The translations under genes and the position numbers were made by a program. From contig CAXXOC010000026.1 in NCBI GenBank assembly GCA_958439195.2, positions 339 to 64,338 on the forward strand: DNA of 64,000 nucleotides, given 5' to 3'. The DNA is from an uncultured Rhodobacteraceae bacterium (GTDB taxonomy: Bacteria; Pseudomonadota; Alphaproteobacteria; Rhodobacterales; Rhodobacteraceae). Of the stretch, positions 37,930 to 46,167 are shown piece after piece. Under the pieces are notes generated by a model, which worked only from the letters and a program-made list of their open reading frames with translations, did no database searches and had not been told where the DNA came from. Position 1 is the first letter of the stretch; each line of letters opens with the position of its first letter.

Positions 37930-38776
37930 AGCTGTTCACCAAAGGCCCCACCCACCCCGCAGGCGGGGCCAGCGGGCGAAACACCTCAACCAGCAGCGGA
38001 TGACAGCGCGCCGCGTCTGACGAATGCTCTGCCGAACAATCCCCGCCCGGACAGGCCGACAACCCGCCGATCAGATCAATCTCCGCAAAGAATTCCAGAT
38101 AGTCCCCCGGCCGCACCGGGCTGGCCTTCATGAAATACTGCCCCGTATCGCGGGTAAACCCCGTGCACATGAACACGTTCAGCACGTCATGCACATGCGC
38201 CTCTGCCGCGCGCAGCGGCAACCCGGTCCAATCCGCCAAGGCCCGCGTCAGATTGGAATGGCAACAGTTGTGATACTGCCCACCCCCGCTCAGAAGGCTA
38301 TGGGTGTAAGGGTCACAGCGCGTGCCGATCACATCATGCACCGCCCCGCCAAAATCATCGAACCCGTACCAGTCCAGCGTGTCATCGGTGATCAAGGCCA
38401 TTGGCCGCAGATAGGGAAAGGATGACCACATCCGATCCTCGGTCGACAGATGCGTGCCATGCAGCGCGCGGGTCTTGCCGGAATAGAACCGCTCACGCAA
38501 ATCCCCCTGCGCCCACAGGTTCAGGTCGCCCACCTGCGGCCCGTCAATACTGGTGATGCGAAAGAAATGCCCCGCCGGCACCGCCCAGCACCGCGCCTCA
38601 CGCGCGGGCACCACCACCTGCGTGATCCGCTCCCACCCCTCCCGTGCCGCACGGAACGGCATCAGGTCCGGGCGCGGCAACCCCTCCACAGGATAGCAGA
38701 TCACCGGCGCAATCCCGCGCCGCGCAAGGGCATCGGGCGGGGCAGGATGGTCGGTCACACTCTTCATCGCAGGCAC
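37907..38776 (-). CDS. DUF1989 (urea-carboxylase-associated family) protein
   Basis: VVPAREARCWAVPAGHFFRITSIDGPQVGDLNLWAQGDLRERFYSGKTRALHGTHL resembles the DUF1989 family as I recall it. Confidence 0.7.
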   Translation of the reverse strand: MPAMKSVTDHPAPPDALARRGIAPVICYPVEGLPRPDLMPFRAAREGWERITQVVVPAREARCWAVPAGHFFRITSIDGPQVGDLNLWAQGDLRERFYSGKTRALHGTHLSTEDRMWSSFPYLRPMALITDDTLDWYGFDDFGGAVHDVIGTRCDPYTHSLLSGGGQYHNCCHSNLTRALADWTGLPLRAAEAHVHDVLNVFMCTGFTRDTGQYFMKASPVRPGDYLEFFAEIDLIGGLSACPGGDCSAEHSSDAARCHPLLVEVFRPLAPPAGWVGPLVNSYDGSHGQ

Positions 38777-38794
38777 CTCTTTGACCCCAGCCTA

Positions 38795-38992
38795 TCAACC
38801 CGCATGCCGCAAGCAATGCCGCGGCGCAGCAGCGCCCTGCGTAACCGCGCCACAAACCGCACAACGCCAGGTTTCCGGCCCCGCCACCCGATCCTGCCGC
38901 CACCTGCAAACCCGTGTCAGCGTCGATCCGCGCCGCGTGACCCACAACACCAGAAAGACACCGGCCAGCAAAAAGGGGATCAGGATCATCAT
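38795..38992 (-). CDS. Hypothetical small membrane-anchored Cys-rich protein
   Basis: 65 aa with an N-terminal TM helix MMILIPFLLAGVFLVLWV. The tail has four Cys, at two cysteine-containing positions (CRW) and (HC) flanking a central CxxC (C-RWR...W-R-C-AV-C-G...RH-C), which looks zinc-ribbon-like. GGTGG sits ~5 nt upstream of the ATG. No homology evidence is available to me. Confidence 0.35.
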   Translation of the reverse strand: MMILIPFLLAGVFLVLWVTRRGSTLTRVCRWRQDRVAGPETWRCAVCGAVTQGAAAPRHCLRHAG

Positions 38993-39032
38993 GATCCACC
39001 GTCCCTAGCACCAAACCGCATCCACCGCGACG

Positions 39033-42000
39033 TCACAGAAACAGAAAATCCCCCGCCGTCAGATTTGCCGCAGCCACCCCCTCCAGCCGGATCACATGGC
39101 CGCCCACCAGCACCTCGGCCATCCGCACACCGTCTACCACCACATCCTGCACGGTCAGCCCCGACATGCCGCCCACGCCCTGCAATTCCATCCGGTCCAG
39201 CCTTGGGGCAAAGTCCGTGATCACATCCACCTCGCCCGGTCGAAAGCTGGGAAAGACGAACACATCCGCAAGCGTCCCCCCGGTCAGCCGGTCATGCCCC
39301 AACCCACCATCCAGTCGGTCCCTCCCACTTCCCCCGCTCAATACATCCTGGCCCGCATCCCCGAACAGTGAATCGTTTCCGCCCAACCCGATCAGCCAGT
39401 CATTCCCGACCCCGCCCGCCAACCAGTCATGCCCCGCCTCACCAAAAAGCGAGTCATCGCCAAGCCCGGCCTGGATCACCTCATCCCCATCCCCGGCAAG
39501 GATCGTGTCATTCCCTTCGCCATCGGAAAACACATCCAGCCCGACCCCACCCTCCAGCCAATCATGTCCCACGCCACCCACAAGCTGGTCATCCCCATCC
39601 CCGCCATAAATCCAATCGCTGCCCGCATTGCCAGACAGGCTGTCATTCCCCTCGCCCCCAAACAGCCGATCCCGCCCCCCGCCCCCGGACAGCACGTCAT
39701 TGCCCCCCTCCCCCAAGATGGAATCCCCCCCCAACCCGGCCCGGATCACCTCATCGCCATCGCCCGCAAGAATCGTGTCACTCCCCGCACCATCCACAAA
39801 CACATCCACCCCGGCCCCACCTTCCAGCCAGTCATTTCCCACGCCGCCCTCCAACCAATCCGCCCCATCCCCACCAAACAGCCGGTCATTGCCCTTTTGG
39901 CCCAGCAGCCTGTCATCGCCCGCCCCGCCGAACAGCAGATCGTTGCCATCCCCCCCCGCCAGTCGATCATTCCCCGCCTCTCCCAGAACCGAATCCTCCC
40001 CCAACCCGGCCTGAACCACCTCATCGCCGTCCCCGGCAAGGATCGTGTCATTCCCCGCCCCATCGGCAAAGACATCCACCCCGGCCCCGCCTTCCAGCCA
40101 GTCATTCCCATCCCCCCCGTCCAGAACATCCGCCCCATCCCCTCCAAACAGCCGATCATTCCCCGCCTCGCCAAGCAGCCGGTCATTGCCCACCCCGCCG
40201 CCCAGCGTGTCATCCCCGATCCCGCCCCGCAGATCATCATCGCCAAGGCTGCCCGTGATCTGATCGTTGCCCGCGCCACCAAGGACCGAGTCATTCCCAG
40301 CCCCATCCTCGATCACATCCGCCCCATCCCCCCCGTCCAGAACATCCGCCCCATCCCCACCAAACAGCCGGTCATTCCCCGCCTCGCCGAAAATCCGGTT
40401 CGTCCCGCCCCCCCCGACAAGGGTGTCATCCCCGTCACCACCGTGCAGATCATCGTCCCCGTCACCCCCGGCCAGACTGTCCTGCTCCGCGTCGCCATAC
40501 AGCGTATCGTTGCCCGCATCCCCGGCCAGCACGTCTGCGCCTGCGCCCCCCTCCAGCCGGTCGCCCCCGGTGCCACCGATCAGAACGTCATTCCCGGCGC
40601 CCCCCATCAGGGTATCGGCCCCATCCAGACCGCGCAGTGTGTCATTCCCCACGCCGCCCTCCAGCAGGTTCCCCCCGGCGGTCCCTGTCAGGTCCAGATC
40701 ACCCGGCACCGGTCCCGGCGGGTTCCCCACCCCCGCCACCTCGAACAGCAGCCGCCCGTTCACGCCAAAGGCCATCGCCTGTATCTCGGCCAGCGTCAGT
40801 GCCCGCCCCGTCACCGTGCGAATCTCCAACTCCTCGCCCCAGAACCGCAACACCGCCCCGGTCGCCGTGACCGTCACCGCCAATTGCCCGACATGGCGAA
40901 AGAACGGCCACGCGGTCAGGTCGATCCGGTCCTCGTTCGGGTTGAAATCCGCAATCACATCGCGCCGCCCATCCGCCCGCAGCATAAACAGATCGGCACC
41001 CGCCCCCCCGGTCATCACATCGGCCCCGGCCCCGTCCAGGATCAGATCCCGCCCCGCACCCCCAACCGCACCCACCCCGCCCAGCCCCGCCAGCGGCACA
41101 ACCACCTGCGTCACCCCCGCCTCAGCCGCCGAAAGCGCCATCACATGCAGGCTGTCCCCCACCACCATCGCCTTCAGTTCGCTGATATTGGCCAACCCTA
41201 GGTCAGCGCGATCAGCCAGCGTCGCCAGATGCACCAGCCGGCCGTCCGGCACCAAGGCGAACAGCGTCAGCCCCTCATCCGCCCCGGCAGCCAGCACAAA
41301 GATCCAATCGCCATGCGCGACCATCTCCAGCGCGGTCACTCCCTGAAAGCGCGTGCCCAATTCGTCAAACACATGGTCCACAGGCGTCAGCGCGCCCCCC
41401 GCCCCAACCTGAAACACCGTCAGGCTGGATGATCCGGCCGCCGCCGCCACCAGCCAGGTCGCACCAAAAGCCACCACCGTTTCCAGCGCGGTGATCTCCT
41501 GCACCGGCACGCCCTGCGCCTGCCCCGTCACCCCAACCCGCGTCAGCGCACCGCCCGCCGATACCGCCAAGACCGTGATCCCATGCTCCACCGCCGATCC
41601 GGCAAAGACCAGCGTCACCCCCCCCACCTCGGCCTGCGCCAGCGCCACCACCCCGGCCAACGCAAAACCCGCCGCATCCGCCGCCACCCCCACCGGCGTC
41701 AACGCCCCACCCGCGCCAATCCGAAAACTCTCCAACCCGCTGCCCATGTGCCGCGCCGCCAGCAGGTAGGATTGCCCCGCCACCGATACGCCGATCATCT
41801 CGACCGCCTGCCCCTGAAGCGGCGATGTCGGTTGCAGATAGCCGGTCATCCCCCCGCAACCCGCGCCCCCCAACCCTAACTCCTGCACGGCAGCAATCAT
41901 GTCGGTGGGCAGGCTTCCCGCCACCCCGCCAACCGTCACCGCCACGCGCGCCGCGCCCTGCACGGCAAAGGCCCGCACCACCGGCCCGCCGCCCCCTTCA

Positions 42001-42155
42001 GCGGACCCCAGGCCCAGCAGAACAGTCTCGTTCAGCACCGGGTTGAACACCCGGATTTGCGGCACCTCCCCCGGCACCACAACCATTTCCCCATGCGCCA
42101 ACGGCTGCGCAAAACGCGCGCCAAGGGCCACTCCAGCCCCAAGAAATTCAAACAT
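39033..42155 (-). CDS. Large RTX (hemolysin-type calcium-binding repeat) protein, probable T1SS substrate
   Basis: About 450 C-terminal-half residues of GGxGxDxUx nonapeptides (GGAGNDVLIGGTGGDRLEGGAGADVLAGDAGNDTLYG...). The N-terminal ~350 aa carries reiterated ...SL(T/E)xFx(V/I)GAGGALTPV... units that look beta-propeller-like. No Sec signal. The C-terminal tail ...ADVFVF...ITDF...DRMEL... is typical of RTX secretion domains. Confidence 0.9.
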   Translation of the reverse strand: MFEFLGAGVALGARFAQPLAHGEMVVVPGEVPQIRVFNPVLNETVLLGLGSAEGGGGPVVRAFAVQGAARVAVTVGGVAGSLPTDMIAAVQELGLGGAGCGGMTGYLQPTSPLQGQAVEMIGVSVAGQSYLLAARHMGSGLESFRIGAGGALTPVGVAADAAGFALAGVVALAQAEVGGVTLVFAGSAVEHGITVLAVSAGGALTRVGVTGQAQGVPVQEITALETVVAFGATWLVAAAAGSSSLTVFQVGAGGALTPVDHVFDELGTRFQGVTALEMVAHGDWIFVLAAGADEGLTLFALVPDGRLVHLATLADRADLGLANISELKAMVVGDSLHVMALSAAEAGVTQVVVPLAGLGGVGAVGGAGRDLILDGAGADVMTGGAGADLFMLRADGRRDVIADFNPNEDRIDLTAWPFFRHVGQLAVTVTATGAVLRFWGEELEIRTVTGRALTLAEIQAMAFGVNGRLLFEVAGVGNPPGPVPGDLDLTGTAGGNLLEGGVGNDTLRGLDGADTLMGGAGNDVLIGGTGGDRLEGGAGADVLAGDAGNDTLYGDAEQDSLAGGDGDDDLHGGDGDDTLVGGGGTNRIFGEAGNDRLFGGDGADVLDGGDGADVIEDGAGNDSVLGGAGNDQITGSLGDDDLRGGIGDDTLGGGVGNDRLLGEAGNDRLFGGDGADVLDGGDGNDWLEGGAGVDVFADGAGNDTILAGDGDEVVQAGLGEDSVLGEAGNDRLAGGDGNDLLFGGAGDDRLLGQKGNDRLFGGDGADWLEGGVGNDWLEGGAGVDVFVDGAGSDTILAGDGDEVIRAGLGGDSILGEGGNDVLSGGGGRDRLFGGEGNDSLSGNAGSDWIYGGDGDDQLVGGVGHDWLEGGVGLDVFSDGEGNDTILAGDGDEVIQAGLGDDSLFGEAGHDWLAGGVGNDWLIGLGGNDSLFGDAGQDVLSGGSGRDRLDGGLGHDRLTGGTLADVFVFPSFRPGEVDVITDFAPRLDRMELQGVGGMSGLTVQDVVVDGVRMAEVLVGGHVIRLEGVAAANLTAGDFLFL
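39400..40400. repeat. ~270-bp (90-aa) higher-order tandem repeats inside the RTX gene
   Basis: Near-identical DNA blocks recur at ~39470, ~39740 and ~40010, with a weaker one at ~40280. An example is ...CACCTCATCGCC(A/G)TC(G/C)CC(C/G)GCAAG(A/G)ATCGTGTCA(C/T)TCC..., encoding ...DWLEGGAGVDVF(A/V/S)DG(A/E)G(N/S)DTILAGDGDEV(V/I)(Q/R)AGLG... Confidence 0.7.
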
Positions 42156-42267
42156 TACACACCCAACCCAGGCCCGAAGGCTGGGGCCAGACTGGGGGTT
42201 TCACGGTTAGGGATTGCTTAGGAAATACAGGCCACTTTGTGGCATTCCACCGGGATTTTACCCAGCT

Positions 42268-43227
42268 TTACAAAGTCTCAATCTCTGTCGGCGTCACGCG
42301 CCGCTTCTTGATGACCGCCTCACGCCAGGTAATATAGCTGATCGCCCCGATGATCACCGCCCCCCCCAGCAGCACGAACACATCCACACCCTCGCCAAAC
42401 ACCAGGGCGCCCAACAGCGTGGCCCAGATCAGTTGCAAGAACGTCACCGGCTGCGTCACCGCCAACGGCGCCGCGCGAAACGCCCGTGTCATGGCATAAT
42501 GCCCGGCCGTGGCGAACCCCGCCACCAGACCCAGCCACAAAAGCTGCACCATGCTCATCGGCACCCAGACCCAGATCGCCAGCGGCAACAAACCCAGCGT
42601 TACTGTCACCGAAAGCACGCCCACAATCGCCCCCGCAGGCACCTGCTGGCTTAACCGCTTGGCAAACAGATAGGACGCCGCAAAGAAACAGGCTGCGCCA
42701 AGCTGTGCCAGATGCCCATCCGTCACCTCGCGCAGGCCGGGCCGGATCACGATCAACGCGCCAACCAGCGCCACCGCCACCGCCACGATCCGCCGCATGG
42801 CCAGCGCCTCGCCAAAGAACAGCGCCGCCCCCAGCGTCACCAGAACCGGGTTCAGATAGCCGATCGCCGTCACCTCGGCCACCGGGATACGCGCCATCGC
42901 ATAAAACCACAGCACCACCGCCGCCGTATGCGCCACCCCGCGCCACCCGAACAGCCGCAATATGCCCGGCGGAAACCCCGCCCGCAGCATGGGGGCCAGC
43001 GTCGGCAACAGAAACACTACGCCCCAGCCAAACCGCACAAAGGCCGATTGCGCCGCTGGCAACTCTGTCCCCAGATGCCGCACCACGCCCGTCACCCCCA
43101 CGAAACACAGCCCCGTCAACAGCATCCACAACGCACCCTCGACAGGGCGGCCCAGATCGCTTGCAGACGGGCCGGATTCCGGTGGGGCAGATGCGGGGGG
43201 TTTGGAAACGGGTGAATTCACGCTCAT
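42268..43227 (-). CDS. DMT superfamily (EamA-like) transporter
   Basis: 10-TM-like hydrophobic profile with duplicated EamA halves. Start chosen at MSVNSPV (43227); the track ORF runs to 43263. Confidence 0.8.
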   Translation of the reverse strand: MSVNSPVSKPPASAPPESGPSASDLGRPVEGALWMLLTGLCFVGVTGVVRHLGTELPAAQSAFVRFGWGVVFLLPTLAPMLRAGFPPGILRLFGWRGVAHTAAVVLWFYAMARIPVAEVTAIGYLNPVLVTLGAALFFGEALAMRRIVAVAVALVGALIVIRPGLREVTDGHLAQLGAACFFAASYLFAKRLSQQVPAGAIVGVLSVTVTLGLLPLAIWVWVPMSMVQLLWLGLVAGFATAGHYAMTRAFRAAPLAVTQPVTFLQLIWATLLGALVFGEGVDVFVLLGGAVIIGAISYITWREAVIKKRRVTPTEIETL

Positions 43228-43282
43228 ATCGGCGACAAAACCCGATCCCCACGCCACCCGCAAGCCCAGTTCCGACGCGGGA

Positions 43283-43894
43283 TCACGCCGTCAGCGCCAG
43301 CTTTGCCGCAATCGCCCACATGGTGCAGCCCACCACCACCTCAAGCACCACCCAGGCGCGCGGCTGCGCAAAAACCGGCCCCAGCAGCCGCGCCCCGAAC
43401 CCAAGTGCGCTGAAAAACACGAACGACCCCGCCGCCGCCCCCATCCCGAAAGCCACGCCATAGGGCGCGTATTGCGCGCTGATCGACCCCAGCAGCACCA
43501 CCGTATCCAGATAGACATGCGGATTGGCCCAGGTCAGCACCAGACAGGTCGCCAGCACGCGGCGCAACGGCGCAGCCCCACCCGGAGCAGGCATCAACGC
43601 CTCTCCGCCCGCCCAGGCCGCACGAAACCGCATCGCACCATAGACCACCAGAAACGCCACGCCGCCCCACAGCATCACATCCGCCAGCCACGGCACCGCA
43701 TCTGACACCAGCCCGAACCCGCCCACCCCCGCCGCAATCAGCACCGCATCCGACAGCGCACAGGTCAGCACCACCGCCAGCACATGTTCCCGCCGTATCC
43801 CCTGCCGCAGCACAAAGGCGTTTTGCGCCCCGATGGCCGCAATCAGGCTGATCGCCACCAAAAACCCCGCCCCCGCCGCAAATCCCGCCGTCAT
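43283..43894 (-). CDS. argO: LysE/ArgO family basic amino acid exporter
   Basis: GFLVAISLIAAIGAQNAFVLRQGIRREHV...LTWANPHVYLDTVVLLG are ArgO/LysE hallmarks. It is divergent from an ArgP-type LysR gene. Confidence 0.85.
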   Translation of the reverse strand: MTAGFAAGAGFLVAISLIAAIGAQNAFVLRQGIRREHVLAVVLTCALSDAVLIAAGVGGFGLVSDAVPWLADVMLWGGVAFLVVYGAMRFRAAWAGGEALMPAPGGAAPLRRVLATCLVLTWANPHVYLDTVVLLGSISAQYAPYGVAFGMGAAAGSFVFFSALGFGARLLGPVFAQPRAWVVLEVVVGCTMWAIAAKLALTA

Positions 43895-43982
43895 GTCACG
43901 CACCCCATATTCCTGGCTTGACGTAAGGCTCCGGCAGGGGATCAATCCAATTAAACTTCCTGCAACGGATTAAGCTTGGCTA

Positions 43983-44900
43983 ATGCATGATCCCGCCCAC
44001 CTCGCCGCCCTCGCAGCTGTGCATCGCCGCGGTTCGTTTGAACTCGCCGCCGCCGCGCTGCACGTCACGCCTTCGGCCATCTCGCAACGGCTCAAGGCGC
44101 TCGAAGAACGGATCGGCACCCTGCTCATCCGGCGCGGCACGCCCTGCACCGCCACCGATGCCGGGCTGCGCCTGATCCGCCACCATGATGAGATTGTCCT
44201 TCTGGAACAGGCGCTCGCCGCAGAACTGCCCCAGATATCACATGGCCTCTCGCACGGTCCCGCCACCCTGCGCATCGCGGTCAACGCCGACAGCCTTGCC
44301 ACCTGGGTCATCCCCGCCCTCGCCGCGACCCAAGGTTTCCTCTACGACATCGTCATCGACGATCAGGATGTCTCACAAGACTGGCTGCGCCGGGGCGAGG
44401 TCGCCGCCGCCGTCACCGCCCATCCCGGCCCGCTGCAAGGCTGCGACACACTCCCCCTGGGTCGCCTGCGCTACCGCGCCACCGCATCGCCCGCCTATGT
44501 CGCGCGCTGGATGCCGGACGGTCCTACCGCACCCGCCCTGTCCCGCGCCCCCGCCCTGACCTTTTCCGACAAGGACCGCCTGCAACATCTGTGGGTGGAT
44601 CGCCTCACCGGCGGGCAGGCCAGCCGCGCCGGGTTTCCCGGCCACCGCCTCGCGTCATCCCAAGGCTTCGTCGATGCCTGCCTCGCGGGTCTTGGCTGGG
44701 GTCTCAACCCGGAACCGCTGGTCAGCGCGCATATCGCCGCTGGCCGCCTGATCGACCTCGCCCCCGACCAACCGCTTGATACCGCCCTGCACTGGCAATT
44801 CGCCCGCCTTACGGCCCCGGCGCTTGCGCCGCTGACCCGCGCCATGCAGCAGGCCGCGCGCGCCGTTCTGCTTCACCCCCAGGGCAGCCCTCACCCCTGA
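43983..44900 (+). CDS. argP: LysR-family regulator, ArgP/LysG type
   Basis: LAALAAVHRRGSFELAAAALHVTPSAISQRLKALEERIGTLLIRRGTPCTATDAG is ArgP-like. It has the classic divergent pairing with argO. Confidence 0.85.
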   Translation: MHDPAHLAALAAVHRRGSFELAAAALHVTPSAISQRLKALEERIGTLLIRRGTPCTATDAGLRLIRHHDEIVLLEQALAAELPQISHGLSHGPATLRIAVNADSLATWVIPALAATQGFLYDIVIDDQDVSQDWLRRGEVAAAVTAHPGPLQGCDTLPLGRLRYRATASPAYVARWMPDGPTAPALSRAPALTFSDKDRLQHLWVDRLTGGQASRAGFPGHRLASSQGFVDACLAGLGWGLNPEPLVSAHIAAGRLIDLAPDQPLDTALHWQFARLTAPALAPLTRAMQQAARAVLLHPQGSPHP

Positions 44901-45460
44901 CGCAGCGCCCGAAACATTCCCATCGCCGCCAGCAGCACCAAAATCACGCCCGCCATATCTGCCGCGGTCACGGTGACATAGGCCATCGCCCGATCGCCCA
45001 CGGAAAACCCGGTGCAGCACGGCCCAATGATCACGCGCGGCAGATTGCCAATCAGCGCCGCCACCAGCCCCGCCACCACCACAACCCGCCAATTCGCCGC
45101 CCGCCCTTCGCCCCGCGCATCCAACCCGGCCAAACGAAACAGATCAAAAGTCACCGGCACCGCCACGACCTTGGCCGTCAACACCGCCACCATGACCGCA
45201 TCCAACCGGTCCGCCCCGACAATCATCCCCACCGCCAATACCGCAGCAGGTAAAATCAACGGCACCGCCATCCAGCCATAGAACCACGTCAGCAAGACCA
45301 TCGCACCAAAGGGCAGGAACACCGCATGCAACCGGCTGCCCATCTCTGGCAACAAAACATGGCGCAGCCCCTGCACCCCTTCACAAAACGCAAAAGTTAT
45401 CAGAACCAACCCCGACACGATTGCAAAATGCAGCGCCGTCAGGCGCATCCCGTCGCGCAT
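44891..45460 (-). CDS. Hypothetical polytopic membrane protein (5-6 predicted TM segments)
   Basis: Start chosen at MRDGMRLTALHF (45460), preceded by GGAAGGGGGAAGGG. The sequence is hydrophobic throughout (…AVFLPFGAMVLLTWFYGWMAVPLILPAAVLAVGMIVG…). I recognise no family with confidence. Confidence 0.6.
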   Translation of the reverse strand: MRDGMRLTALHFAIVSGLVLITFAFCEGVQGLRHVLLPEMGSRLHAVFLPFGAMVLLTWFYGWMAVPLILPAAVLAVGMIVGADRLDAVMVAVLTAKVVAVPVTFDLFRLAGLDARGEGRAANWRVVVVAGLVAALIGNLPRVIIGPCCTGFSVGDRAMAYVTVTAADMAGVILVLLAAMGMFRALRQG

Positions 45461-45498
45461 CCCTTCCCCCTTCCACAGCCTGCGAAACGCCCTGTCCC

Positions 45499-45795
45499 TC
45501 AGGGCTGTCGATCGGTCGGCAATACATAGTGACCGGCCCGCGTATCGGGTGCATGCGAAATCATTCCCCGCTGCACCAGGCTTTTCAGCGCCCGGTGATA
45601 GGTCGCCTGCGGTATGCTCGCAGCAAGCGGGTGATTGCGGATCGCATCCGACCGCGCCGCTTTCGGCGTTCCGGTGCAAACCTCGTTTATCGCATAAAGA
45701 ACGTCCCGCTCGTTCGGTGACAGTTCAACCAGCCCAAGAGCCGACTCCATCTCGAACAACAAGGCTCTCAACTGTGCAACGCTTTTGATATTCAC
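45499..45795 (-). CDS. Small winged-helix (MarR-like) DNA-binding protein, hypothetical
   Basis: GTG at 45795 is preceded by GGAAGG 6 nt upstream. LSPNERDVLYAI...SDAIRNHPLAASIPQATYHRALKSLVQRGMISH looks like an HTH plus wing. The N-terminal codons are A/T-rich (AAT ATC AAA AGC GTT GCA CAG TTG AGA), atypical for this genome. The track ORF extends to 45876. Confidence 0.5.
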   Translation of the reverse strand: MNIKSVAQLRALLFEMESALGLVELSPNERDVLYAINEVCTGTPKAARSDAIRNHPLAASIPQATYHRALKSLVQRGMISHAPDTRAGHYVLPTDRQP

Positions 45796-46167
45796 AACAC
45801 GCCTTCCCAAAACACTGCTGACTGACCCTGCGTCACCGAATTGTAACCAAGGCCACAGCTTTCCGGCAACTCTCACGTGCAGAATTAATAAAAACTAACA
45901 AATAGCTCCGCCACAACCGTTGTTTCTCTTGACAGCGACGGGGGCAACAACAACTTTGACGTGTGGCAAAGTGGCGCGCAACGACCTCCGCGTTTATTTC
46001 GCCCAAATGCGACACCACGACCGAACCGCCCGATTGACGAACCTACTGATTGAGTGTGCCGCCACATCGCCCTGTGCCAAACTTTTGTGCGTTCCAGTGC
46101 CGCCTGTTCAATGCCAGCCGCAAAGGGTTGGCCAACCGCCCACCGTTGACAGATCGCGCCCCTGAAG

